This document shows, in pieces, positions 1 through 8,597 of a DNA stretch of 32,000 nt. Source of the DNA: Promethearchaeum syntrophicum (GTDB lineage: Archaea > Asgardarchaeota > Lokiarchaeia > Sigyniarchaeales > Promethearchaeaceae). Position 1 is the stretch's first letter; each line of letters opens with the position of its first letter. Position numbers and translations under genes: made by a program. Where the stretch lies: positions 120,001 through 152,000 of the forward strand of contig NZ_CP042905.2 of NCBI RefSeq assembly GCF_008000775.2. The letters are read 5' to 3'. The notes under the pieces are model-generated. The model had not been told where the DNA came from. It saw nothing but the letters and a program-made list of their open reading frames with translations, and searched no databases.

Positions 1-46
1 GAACTCATTTTCAAAAAAAGAATTATTTCTCCATATTTTTTCAATT

Positions 47-502
47 TTGAGTTATCAATTTAACGAAAATTTTGCTACTGAATTTTTAAGTCTTTATGAA
101 AAAATGACCTTTAAATTTTCGAAAAACACAGGAAAATTGAAACATATATATGCTAATAATATTTTACAAGCAAATTATAGAGCTTCTTTGGGAACTTTTT
201 CTTTAACAATTGATGCTGCAAAAAGAGTCCTAAATAAGATTAAGTTCCCTACTTTTCGAGTTCAAGTTCAATCTGATGTGTCAGAATTTATAGCAGATGG
301 AAAATCTGTATTCGCAAAACATGTTAAAACAGTAGATCCGAACTTAAGACTTGGAAATGAAGTATTTATCGTTGATGAACAAGATAACTTATTAGCTGTT
401 GGTAAATTATCTTTACCTCCAAATTATATCCCTTATTTTCAGTTTGGAAGTGCAGTTAATGTAAGACAAGGAATCAACTCAAAAAAAGCAAAAAAATCTT
501 AA
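47..502 (+). CDS. PUA-domain-like RNA-binding protein
   Basis: 151 aa ORF; C-terminal 'VSEFIADGKSVFAKHVKTVDPNLRLGNEVFIVDEQDNLLAVGKLSL' has the PUA pattern (G(K/R)xVFAKxVxxxDPxxRxGDEVxVVdexgxLLAVG). Confidence 0.8.
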   Translation: MSYQFNENFATEFLSLYEKMTFKFSKNTGKLKHIYANNILQANYRASLGTFSLTIDAAKRVLNKIKFPTFRVQVQSDVSEFIADGKSVFAKHVKTVDPNLRLGNEVFIVDEQDNLLAVGKLSLPPNYIPYFQFGSAVNVRQGINSKKAKKS

Positions 503-526
503 ATCTAGTATTTGTTTTAAATAATT

Positions 527-1048
527 ATGGGAAAATTACCTAAAAGTATGCAAGAAAAAAAAAGAAAAGCTAAAGCTTTACGAACTCAAGGTTCGGCTCC
601 ATCTAATAAATCTAATGTTTCAAACAAATCCATGAATCGTCAAATGCGAAGACGAATGCAACAACAAGGTGTTGATGGAATGGAACCAATAGAAGCATAC
701 AGAGTTATTATCCAAACCGAAAATGAAGATTTAGTTATTGATGATCCTCAAGTTATAAAAGTAAAACAACAGGGAATGGAAGTTTTTCAAGTAATTGGAT
801 CTCCTAAGAAACAACCAGCCTCATCCTATAAAACTGGTCAAATTGATAATAATCTTGAGACTTCTGCAGATTCTGAAGAAATACAAGAAGAATTTGATGA
901 TGATAGTAATTTAAATGTCGAAATCACAGAGCAAGACATACAACTTGTTTCAATGCAAACCGGAGTTACTCCTAAAGAAGCAGAAAGGGCACTAAAGGAA
1001 ACTAATGGAGATTTAGCTCGTGCTATTATTAATTTAAAAACAAAATAA
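527..1048 (+). CDS. nac: Nascent polypeptide-associated complex (archaeal NAC alpha-like) protein with C-terminal UBA
   Basis: 173 aa; Met/Arg-rich N-terminus, NAC core 'DLVIDDPQVIKVKQQGMEVFQVIG', C-terminal UBA 'ITEQDIQLVSMQTGVTPKEAERALKETNGDLARAIINLK'. Confidence 0.92.
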   Translation: MGKLPKSMQEKKRKAKALRTQGSAPSNKSNVSNKSMNRQMRRRMQQQGVDGMEPIEAYRVIIQTENEDLVIDDPQVIKVKQQGMEVFQVIGSPKKQPASSYKTGQIDNNLETSADSEEIQEEFDDDSNLNVEITEQDIQLVSMQTGVTPKEAERALKETNGDLARAIINLKTK

Positions 1049-1099
1049 TCTATAGTAAAGCATTGTATAGTAATTTTTTTTTAACGTATTTAATTTGGT

Positions 1100-1417
1100 A
1101 TGATTGAAATGTCTGTTATTGCAGCGAAAAAAGCAGAGCAAAAAAAAGGTCCAGAAGCAATTTTCCTTTATATGGGACTAACTTTTGGTGTGGTAATAAT
1201 TCTTGAATTATTCCTATATCTGGTCTTTAGTTGGGAATTATCACAATCTTTTATGGTAAGTATAATGTATTTTCTAATGTTAGGGGCTTTATGTATTGGA
1301 ATAACATCATTTATTCGTGAGCACTCATTGCAATATTCAAATTTTAAAAATTGGTTTTATAGCTTTCTTTTTATAAGTATATTAGTAGGAGCAGTTTTAG
1401 GGGCATATATGTGGTAA
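1100..1417 (+). CDS. Small integral membrane protein, about 3 TM helices
   Basis: 105 aa with three hydrophobic stretches; located directly after NAC. Confidence 0.6.
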   Translation: MIEMSVIAAKKAEQKKGPEAIFLYMGLTFGVVIILELFLYLVFSWELSQSFMVSIMYFLMLGALCIGITSFIREHSLQYSNFKNWFYSFLFISILVGAVLGAYMW

Positions 1418-1459
1418 TTTTCTGTTTTTTTTATTAAAACTCAGAAAAAATCAAGTTTA

Positions 1460-1813
1460 TTAATTTCTCTTTAAGATTTTAATTCTCTCATCAATTGTTT
1501 CCAAGAAGTGTAAATTCGGAGACCCTTGAGCAATATTAGCAGCAATGTTATAAGTACGAAGCGCATCTTGTTGATATCCACATTGTTCTAATAAAAACCC
1601 TTTTTCTGCAATTGTTTTTGCTAATCCAAGTTTATTTGGTAATTGTTGTTTAATAGCGATAACTTGATTAAATAAACTTAATGCAAGATTATATTGACCT
1701 TGAAATTTAGCTTTGTGAATTTCCTGCTCGAGTTTAAAGAGATTTACAATTTTTTTCATTGGCGATAAGTTACCCATATAAAGCTGATTAAAAATAAATA
1801 ATTTGAAATTCAT
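1460..1813 (-). CDS. Small TPR-like helical repeat protein
   Basis: 117 aa; helix pairs 'QYNLALSLFNQVIAIKQQ' and 'QQDALRTYNIAANIAQGSPNLHFLETIDERIKIL' resemble TPR units. Confidence 0.5.
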   Translation of the reverse strand: MNFKLFIFNQLYMGNLSPMKKIVNLFKLEQEIHKAKFQGQYNLALSLFNQVIAIKQQLPNKLGLAKTIAEKGFLLEQCGYQQDALRTYNIAANIAQGSPNLHFLETIDERIKILKRN

Positions 1814-1881
1814 TGATATTGAGAAAACATGTGTATATTACATAATCAAAATTTTAATTTTAAAACCATTTATAATATTTA

Positions 1882-2580
1882 ATGAGTATGAGAAATACTG
1901 ATTCAAACCATTCAAAAGTATCTGTTGAAATTAAATGCTCAATTGAAGGTGATTTGTCAAATCTAATCTTAATTTTCAGTTTAGATAAAGGAAATACATG
2001 GTATTCAGTAGATATGGTAAAAACTGATTTAATATATACTGTCACATTACCAGATATTTCCAAGGGAACAATAATATTATATTCGTTTAAAGCTGTTGGG
2101 TATGACGGAGAAGAATTTATTGAAGATAATAATGGCATGTATTACTCACAAATTGCGGGACAAGATGATATTGAATATAAATCAAAAGAAACACTTAATC
2201 AATCTGCCCCTTTACCAGATTTAAATGAAAGTGGTTTTTTAAACACAGAAATAGTTAATTTCCCCTCAGAATTTGCTGATGTTTCTGAAAAGAGGAATGA
2301 TTTACAAGATACAAATTTAATCGATTCAGAAGAAAAAGAAATAATACGTCCGATAATTCCATATAATCCATTTTCTCCAGAGGATGGAGATATTGGGGAA
2401 ACTCTGAATACATTTCAATCTTTTTCTAAAATTATTGGAGCAAAAAAAACAAATCCTCCTGTAAAAAGAAGAAGTTTTATTAAAAGAGCTCAAATAATTA
2501 ATAAAAAAAGATGTTCCAAGTGTAAGGCAAATTTAAAAGTAGATTGGAGAATATGTCCAATTTGTGGCACAAAAACTTAG
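1882..2580 (+). CDS. Beta-rich N-terminal domain plus C-terminal zinc ribbon protein
   Basis: 232 aa ORF; C-terminus 'KRCSKCKANLKVDWRICPICGTKT' is a double-CxxC zinc ribbon; N-terminus is beta-sandwich-like. Confidence 0.7.
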   Translation: MSMRNTDSNHSKVSVEIKCSIEGDLSNLILIFSLDKGNTWYSVDMVKTDLIYTVTLPDISKGTIILYSFKAVGYDGEEFIEDNNGMYYSQIAGQDDIEYKSKETLNQSAPLPDLNESGFLNTEIVNFPSEFADVSEKRNDLQDTNLIDSEEKEIIRPIIPYNPFSPEDGDIGETLNTFQSFSKIIGAKKTNPPVKRRSFIKRAQIINKKRCSKCKANLKVDWRICPICGTKT

Positions 2581-2750
2581 TAATTTTCTTGATCTAGATG
2601 TATTAGGAATCTTCTTAATATAAATGAATAAAAATTTAAATTAAGTTTAAATTGATTAATTAGAGGAAATTTCAAATTATTTTTAGAAATTTTTTATTTT
2701 TTATTTAAGCAAATAATAGAATAAGTATAATTTTTTAAAAGGCGGATATA

Positions 2751-4304
2751 ATGGCAGAGGATTATGACTTTCTCTTTAAATCAGTAGTTGTTGGTGATGG
2801 AGGTTCTGGAAAAACAGCTGTAGTTGTTAGATTTTCTCAAGGTTTTTTCCAGGAAAACTATAAATTAACAATTGGAGTAGAATTTGCAGTAAAAACAATT
2901 AATATCAACAATTACAATGTTAAACTTCAGATTTGGGATACTGGAGGCCAAGAGAGATTTCGTTATGTTCGTCCTTTATATTACAAAGGATCAATGGGAT
3001 GTATTATTCTATTCGATTTAACAAATCGTGAAAGTTTTGATCATGTTCCAAAATGGCTAGAGGAAGTAAAGAAAGAATCAGGAAATATTCCAATTCTTTT
3101 GGTTGGAAATAAAAGTGATTTAATTGATGAGAGAACTGTATCGCTTGAAGAAGCATTACAAATATCTAAGGATTTAAACATGTTTTATGTAGAATCCAGC
3201 GCTAAAAATGGTAATGGAGTAGGCGATGTTTTCGCAATTCTTTCACTTCTAATGATTGGTGAAGATATTCCTCCTGAAATGTTGAATATTAATATTCCAG
3301 GAGGATCTGGAATTAAACAGAATTTAAATATGCCCAAATCACAAAAAAAAATTCAAGAAGAAAAATCAATTTCACCTCTTAAACCTAGTCCAATTTCTAC
3401 AACCGTTGTAAAACCTTCTCCAATATCTAAACCCAATATTAATTTAGGTTTTAATTCTGAAGTGTCTAAAAATCAGAAAGAACCAGAATGGTTTGCCCCT
3501 GCTGTCTCCCCGAAACCTAAACCAGAACCCAAATCTTATATACAACCTGATCTTAAACCAGAACCTAAACCCTATATACCACCTGAACGTAAACCGGAAC
3601 CTAAACCCTATATACCACCTGAACGTAAACCAGAACCTAAACCTTTTATACCGCCAGAACCTAAGCAAGAATCTAAACCATTTACATCAACTAGTCCTGT
3701 TGAGAAATTAAAAAAATCTGAAAACCAGGATCTATTCTCAGCTAAAAAATTAAAAGAATCATCTCCAAAATCAGAAAAAGGGAATTTTTTTGCTCCATCA
3801 GTTCCAAAAAAGCCTTCAATTAATCAAGCTCAAAAAATGGGTTCATCTATAAGTAAAAATCCATTTTTAACTCAAAATTTAGAACCAATATTACCAAAAA
3901 AAAGTTCTAATATCTCTTATAATGCGAATGTGATAAATGCTAATAAACCAAAAGAAAAAGAAGATTCATCATTATTGTTTAATACTTTGAAAGAAACTTT
4001 GAAAGAATCTGGAGAAAATAAATTAAAAAAACACCCTAAAAATGAATTTTTGAAAGAAACTGGAGGCTTATTTTCAAATAATGAACCTAAAAATAAATCC
4101 TCTTGGGGATTTATGGCAAATGTAAATAAACCATCCAGTCTAGAATTACAGAATAAAAGTAATTTATCTTTTAAGCCTTCTGATGAAAAATCTATTCCTA
4201 AACATAAAGAAATTCAAGATAAAATGAAAGTAAAATGTCCTCGTTGTGGATCTCTTGTTAACAAACATTTTAAATTCTGTAATAAATGTGGAAATCGAAT
4301 TTAA
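2751..4304 (+). CDS. Rab/Ras-like small GTPase fused to a Pro/Lys/Glu-rich repeat linker and C-terminal zinc ribbon
   Basis: 517 aa; G1 GDGGSGKT, G2 T in YKLTIGVEF, G3 WDTGGQE, G4 NKSD, G5 SSAK; C-terminal 'VKCPRCGSLVNKHFKFCNKCGNRI'. Confidence 0.92.
   Translation: MAEDYDFLFKSVVVGDGGSGKTAVVVRFSQGFFQENYKLTIGVEFAVKTININNYNVKLQIWDTGGQERFRYVRPLYYKGSMGCIILFDLTNRESFDHVPKWLEEVKKESGNIPILLVGNKSDLIDERTVSLEEALQISKDLNMFYVESSAKNGNGVGDVFAILSLLMIGEDIPPEMLNINIPGGSGIKQNLNMPKSQKKIQEEKSISPLKPSPISTTVVKPSPISKPNINLGFNSEVSKNQKEPEWFAPAVSPKPKPEPKSYIQPDLKPEPKPYIPPERKPEPKPYIPPERKPEPKPFIPPEPKQESKPFTSTSPVEKLKKSENQDLFSAKKLKESSPKSEKGNFFAPSVPKKPSINQAQKMGSSISKNPFLTQNLEPILPKKSSNISYNANVINANKPKEKEDSSLLFNTLKETLKESGENKLKKHPKNEFLKETGGLFSNNEPKNKSSWGFMANVNKPSSLELQNKSNLSFKPSDEKSIPKHKEIQDKMKVKCPRCGSLVNKHFKFCNKCGNRI
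3519..3683 (+). repeat. In-frame 36-nt tandem repeat encoding KPEPKPYIPPER, about 4.5 units
   Basis: KPEPKSYIQPDL / KPEPKPYIPPER / KPEPKPYIPPER / KPEPKPFIPPEP / KQESKPF read directly; units start at 3519, 3555, 3591, 3627. Confidence 0.93.
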
Positions 4305-4306
4305 AA

Positions 4307-4624
4307 ATGAAAGAATTTACAATTAAAGAGATTCAAGAACTTGTTGATGACCTAATTCAAACAATGAATGGATATTGGCCTCCTTTAGCCATGCTAGCCT
4401 CTGTTACAGAAGAATTAGGGGAATTAGCAAGAGAAATTAATGCTTTGGAAAAAATTAAAATTAAAAAGTCCTCAGAAATTAAAAAAAATATAGGTGAGGA
4501 ATTAGCAGACCTTCTATTCAGTATAATCTGCATCTCTAATTTTTATAAAATAGATATTAATTCAGAATTTAAGCAAGTCATGGAAAAATATCAAAAAAGG
4601 GATAAAAATAGATTTCTAAATTGA
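4307..4624 (+). CDS. MazG-like nucleotide pyrophosphohydrolase
   Basis: ORF track begins at 4286 but ATG at 4307 avoids the overlap with the upstream gene; 'WPPLAMLASVTEELGELAREINALE...IGEELADLLFSIICISN' matches the MazG EExxE...ExxD pattern. Confidence 0.85.
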   Translation: MKEFTIKEIQELVDDLIQTMNGYWPPLAMLASVTEELGELAREINALEKIKIKKSSEIKKNIGEELADLLFSIICISNFYKIDINSEFKQVMEKYQKRDKNRFLN

Positions 4625-4639
4625 AGTAAAAATTTAATT

Positions 4640-4780
4640 CTAATTAAAATCAAAATTATAGTCTTCAGTTTCTTGATTTGAACTTATTTCTTCTACTATT
4701 ATTGCATATTCAATGTAAAATTTAGTTATTTTATCTAATAATATTGAAAAAATATTCAAACCTATCTGATTTTTAGACAT
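4640..4780 (-). CDS. Possible short ORF (46 aa), unknown
   Basis: Not in supplied track; reads MSKNQIGLNIFSILLDKITKFYIEYAIIVEEISSNQETEDYNFDFN*; purine-rich GGGGAG just upstream of the ATG; fills an otherwise empty gap. Confidence 0.3.
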   Translation of the reverse strand: MSKNQIGLNIFSILLDKITKFYIEYAIIVEEISSNQETEDYNFDFN

Positions 4781-4993
4781 TGCTCTCCCTATTTTTTTTA
4801 AATTTTCACTAAAAGTAATAAAGAAGCAAATTTCACCCTTATAAAACTCAGTTCACACTTTAAAATGAAAAAATGAGTATTTTATTGTTCATATAGGATT
4901 TTAATTAAACAAATGAATATTATCTTGAGAATTTTTTTTATAATTAAAAATTGAAATATAATACAGAGATGTATCGTTTTCTTTATTCTATTT

Positions 4994-5368
4994 CTAAAAT
5001 TGTTTTTTCCAATCTTTAAATTCTATATCTTTAAATTTCAATACAATAAATTGATTCAAACTTTCAGATAATTTCTGAGCAAAAAGGTGTTTACACATTT
5101 GAAATTTTTTCTGCCGATAAATTGAATTGATGAGAAAATCTTGACATTGGCAATATATCTTAGGATAGACCAGATAGGTTTTCTTAGCTCCTTCTACGGA
5201 CCAGACTTCCAAGTTAGATGGTAAAAATGTATTTTTTTTTACTTTGGGTCCGTCTTTTTGTATAAATTCAAGTGATTTATAGAAAAGACCATCATATTCT
5301 TTCTCAAATAGATGAATTAATTGAGCTGAAAATTTTTTTTCATGGGATAATTTCTCAAATAAATCCAT
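4994..5368 (-). CDS. SWIM zinc-finger protein
   Basis: 124 aa; 'CQCQDFLINSIYRQKKFQMCKHLFA' matches CxCx(n)CxH. Confidence 0.75.
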   Translation of the reverse strand: MDLFEKLSHEKKFSAQLIHLFEKEYDGLFYKSLEFIQKDGPKVKKNTFLPSNLEVWSVEGAKKTYLVYPKIYCQCQDFLINSIYRQKKFQMCKHLFAQKLSESLNQFIVLKFKDIEFKDWKKQF

Positions 5369-5388
5369 ATTATCAAAGTTATATTAGT

Positions 5389-5871
5389 TCAATTGATTTT
5401 TAAGCTATACTCAAAATTTCCAGCAATACAATTTTCAAGAAATGAAACCAACATTTCAATTTCCTTTCCATGTCTTCCAATAAGGAATTTTCTGAATTTT
5501 TTAGGAGCATTTAATAAGATTTCAAATGAATTTTGATTAAATTCTATGGATACTTCTAAATCTTTAATACTAAAATACCAATTTTCAATAATTTCTTTTA
5601 ATTCTTGAGAGAATTTTATAAATCTGATATGAAAATAAGGTTTTGCATTACCAAATTTCAAATAATCATTCCATTTTCTTAAAATCTCTTGGTAAACAAT
5701 CGGATCGACGAAACAAATTACACATTCTTCATGTATGTAAATCAATACCGGCTCAATATCAATTTTATTTTTTTTAAAAAACTGGAACCATGCAAGATGA
5801 GTGCTAGTGTAAGTGATATGAAAATTTACATAATGGGGTTCGACAATTGCTAAATCAGATGTTGAATTCAT
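5389..5871 (-). CDS. Protein with divergent KH-like C-terminal motif
   Basis: 160 aa; 'APKKFRKFLIGRHGKEIEMLVSFLEN' contains an I-G-x-x-G-x-x-I pattern. Confidence 0.45.
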   Translation of the reverse strand: MNSTSDLAIVEPHYVNFHITYTSTHLAWFQFFKKNKIDIEPVLIYIHEECVICFVDPIVYQEILRKWNDYLKFGNAKPYFHIRFIKFSQELKEIIENWYFSIKDLEVSIEFNQNSFEILLNAPKKFRKFLIGRHGKEIEMLVSFLENCIAGNFEYSLKIN

Positions 5872-5932
5872 AATAATTTTAGAATTTTCCTAATGGATTT
5901 AAACCCCGAAAAATTGAATAATATGATTATCT

Positions 5933-7249
5933 TTGAAAATTTTACTTTTTCCCACTAGATTTTTCCCGGCGATTTCAGGAGGAGATTTTTATCTTCAACG
6001 TTTAGGAAAAGAATTTTTAAAAATAAATAAAGTAAATTTAAAACAGAGTCAAAATCAAATATTATTCTTAACGACAAATGCACTTGATTTTGGGGCATTA
6101 CATGGAAAGGGAAAGATTATTGTTGAAAATCATAGATATTATGAAAAATTTGAAAACTTATCGATTAAGCGTTTTAAATCCTCCCAAAATAATCAAAAAA
6201 ATGGAAATTTTCAAGAAAACTTTTATTTACAAGAATTATGCTCTAAATATTTAGGATTATCACATGAAATTTCTGAGATATTAATAAAAAATGGACCAAT
6301 TTTACGTGATTTAGATAAATTATTACTATCTAAACAATTTGAAAAGATACTCCCATTTAAACCAGATGTAATTCATTGTACTTATTTACCCTATTCTAAT
6401 TTGTTATATTCCCTAATAATTGCTAAATATTTTAATATACCTTCAATAGTAACTCCATTTCTCCATGATTCTAATTTACGATATCAAAATCAGGAGATAT
6501 TCGAAATTCTTAAAAAATTTGATAAAATAATTGCATGCACTAATCATGAAAAGAATTTATATATATCAAATGGGATTAAAGAGGAAAAAATACATGTTTT
6601 TCCTATGGGAATTGATATAAATCGATTTCAAAAAGATTGTCGGAGTGATTTCCTGAAATATTATTCAATTAAGTCTCCAATTCTGTTATTCTGTGGCCAT
6701 AAAAATTACGAAAAAGGCGCTTTAACAATATTAGATACAATTCCTTTAGTTATTAAGAAGTATCCAAATATTTCATTTATATTTATTGGGTCTCCTACAA
6801 AAGCATTCAATTATAAATACGGAAAAATCAGGAAAAATTACCCGTCATTACAATTTATAAATATATCACCAGATAACTTATCTGGCATTTTTGATCCGCA
6901 GAAAATTGGGGCTTTTCAACTAACAGACATCTTCTGCATGCCAAGTAGATCTGATGCTTATGGAATTGTTTACTTAGAAGCATGGGCTTGTAAAAAACCA
7001 GTTATTGGTGTAGATAATGATTCAATGCGTGAAGTTATTGAACATGAAAAGGATGGAATTCTTGTAAAATTTGACGATGTTGAAGATTTGAAAAACGCAA
7101 TTATTAATTTGTTGAAAAATCCAAAAAAAAGAAAAGAAATGGGAGAAAATGGTTTTCTTAAAGTCTCAAATTTAAATAATTGGAATGAAATAGGAATAAA
7201 AACAATGCAAATTTACACACAAATAAGGAAAACTAGTAAAAATGAGTAA
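5933..7249 (+). CDS. Glycosyltransferase family 4 (GT-B) protein
   Basis: 438 aa; N-terminal 'FFPAISGGDFYLQRLGKEF', C-terminal 'DIFCMPSRSDAYGIVYLEAWACKKPVIGVDNDSMREVIEHEKDGILV' is typical of GT4. Confidence 0.9.
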   Translation: MKILLFPTRFFPAISGGDFYLQRLGKEFLKINKVNLKQSQNQILFLTTNALDFGALHGKGKIIVENHRYYEKFENLSIKRFKSSQNNQKNGNFQENFYLQELCSKYLGLSHEISEILIKNGPILRDLDKLLLSKQFEKILPFKPDVIHCTYLPYSNLLYSLIIAKYFNIPSIVTPFLHDSNLRYQNQEIFEILKKFDKIIACTNHEKNLYISNGIKEEKIHVFPMGIDINRFQKDCRSDFLKYYSIKSPILLFCGHKNYEKGALTILDTIPLVIKKYPNISFIFIGSPTKAFNYKYGKIRKNYPSLQFINISPDNLSGIFDPQKIGAFQLTDIFCMPSRSDAYGIVYLEAWACKKPVIGVDNDSMREVIEHEKDGILVKFDDVEDLKNAIINLLKNPKKRKEMGENGFLKVSNLNNWNEIGIKTMQIYTQIRKTSKNE

Positions 7250-8489
7250 AAAAATAAATAAAAATGCATTGTACGGAAATAAATTTCTAAATATTAATGA
7301 AAGTGAATTAGTTTTAGATGGTATTAAAGTTAAAAATCTAATTGAAAAATATAACACACCTTCCTTTGTATTTCTTGAAAAAAAAATTGAAGATAATATA
7401 AAAAAAATTAAGGACTGTTTCTTATCAGTATTTCCTAATTCTCAAGGATTTTATTCAACAAAGGCAAATTACCTTACTGAAATTATATCTGTAGTAAAGA
7501 ATCAAAATTTCGGGACAGAAATTGTAGGTTTACCTGAGTTAAATATTTTGAAAAAGATTGAATTTCCATTTGATAAAGTAATTGCTGGAGGACCATATCT
7601 TCCGAACGATTTTTTAACTGAAATCATCAAAACTCAAGTTAAATATCTCATTATTTACGATATGGATGATATTATTAGAGTTCAAAAAATTATTCAAAAT
7701 TTTGGGGGATATAAACAAGATATATTGATTAGAATTCAATCTCAGAAATATACTGGCAGATTAGGGATTGTTTTAAATGAAACAAATCTAAAAAATCTAA
7801 AGGATATATTAAATATATGCCCCAATCTTAATTATAAAGGGATACTCGCTCATTGGGGAACTCAACTTAATTCTTTTGATGATTATATGCAAAATTTCCA
7901 ATTATTAATAGAGAATGCAATAAATATTAAGAAAAAAGCTGGATTGGATACTTCGATATTAAATATTGGTGGTGGATTTCCTAATGCAGATTCTTTTAAA
8001 AAAAAACAACTACTCACGATTTTAGAGAAATTTAAAGAAAAATTATTAGAAAATTCATTGGATTCATGTTCTATTTTCTATGAACCAGGGAGATTTATTG
8101 TAGGAGATACAGGATTTGCGCTTGCAAGTGTAATTAAATATGATAAAGCCCATAAAACAGCATTTCTCGATATTGGGAATAATTTAATCCCCAAATTCAT
8201 GAAATCTTCTTTAAGATTTTATAATATATCTAAAATTTTTGAAGCCCCTAATAAACCTATTGATTTTATGGGAAATACACCAACGGATCAAGATATTTTG
8301 GTAAAGAATTATAATTTTACGCCTTCTATACAAACAGGAGATTACATTCTTATAGCAAATGTTGGGGCTTACGCATTAAGTTGGTCGACTCGATTTCCTT
8401 ATCCAAATCCTTCTTTAATATTGATAAAATCAAATCAAATCAATGAAATCCATAGTCGAAATAGTCTCAATGATTTTTCTATTCATTAA
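7242..8489 (+). CDS. PLP-dependent Orn/DAP/Arg decarboxylase family 2-like protein (fold type III)
   Basis: 415 aa; 'GFYSTKANY' (PLP Lys), 'LAHWGTQ', 'LNIGGGFPN', 'FYEPGRFIVGDTG', 'NVGAYALSWSTRFPYPNP'; overlaps end of the GT4 gene by 8 nt. Confidence 0.85.
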   Translation: MSKKINKNALYGNKFLNINESELVLDGIKVKNLIEKYNTPSFVFLEKKIEDNIKKIKDCFLSVFPNSQGFYSTKANYLTEIISVVKNQNFGTEIVGLPELNILKKIEFPFDKVIAGGPYLPNDFLTEIIKTQVKYLIIYDMDDIIRVQKIIQNFGGYKQDILIRIQSQKYTGRLGIVLNETNLKNLKDILNICPNLNYKGILAHWGTQLNSFDDYMQNFQLLIENAINIKKKAGLDTSILNIGGGFPNADSFKKKQLLTILEKFKEKLLENSLDSCSIFYEPGRFIVGDTGFALASVIKYDKAHKTAFLDIGNNLIPKFMKSSLRFYNISKIFEAPNKPIDFMGNTPTDQDILVKNYNFTPSIQTGDYILIANVGAYALSWSTRFPYPNPSLILIKSNQINEIHSRNSLNDFSIH

Positions 8490-8575
8490 TTGCCTTCATC
8501 ATTCCTTGATATATATCTGGATATTATGTTCACTAATAATATTCTTTTGATTTAATTTAATCTAATATAGACCAT

Positions 8576-8585
8576 ACCTCGAGGT
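8576..8585. promoter_or_regulatory. 10-bp palindrome ACCTCGAGGT upstream of ftsZ; its right half GAGGT could act as Shine-Dalgarno
   Basis: Read directly; GAGGT (8581-8585) is complementary to 16S 3' end CACCTCC; ATG at 8598. Confidence 0.4.
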
Positions 8586-8597
8586 TAGGATCTTATA

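Noticed and set aside
3444-3711. ORFs 3444..3668 (-) and 3493..3711 (+) with repetitive Arg/Phe/Tyr or Asn/Leu-rich translations
   Set aside because: They are frame-shifted or antisense readings of the 36-nt coding repeat inside the GTPase gene.
4790-4920. Hydrophobic reading frame '...CELSFIRVKFASLLLLVKI' on the minus strand
   Set aside because: No start codon in frame before an upstream stop; too short to support.
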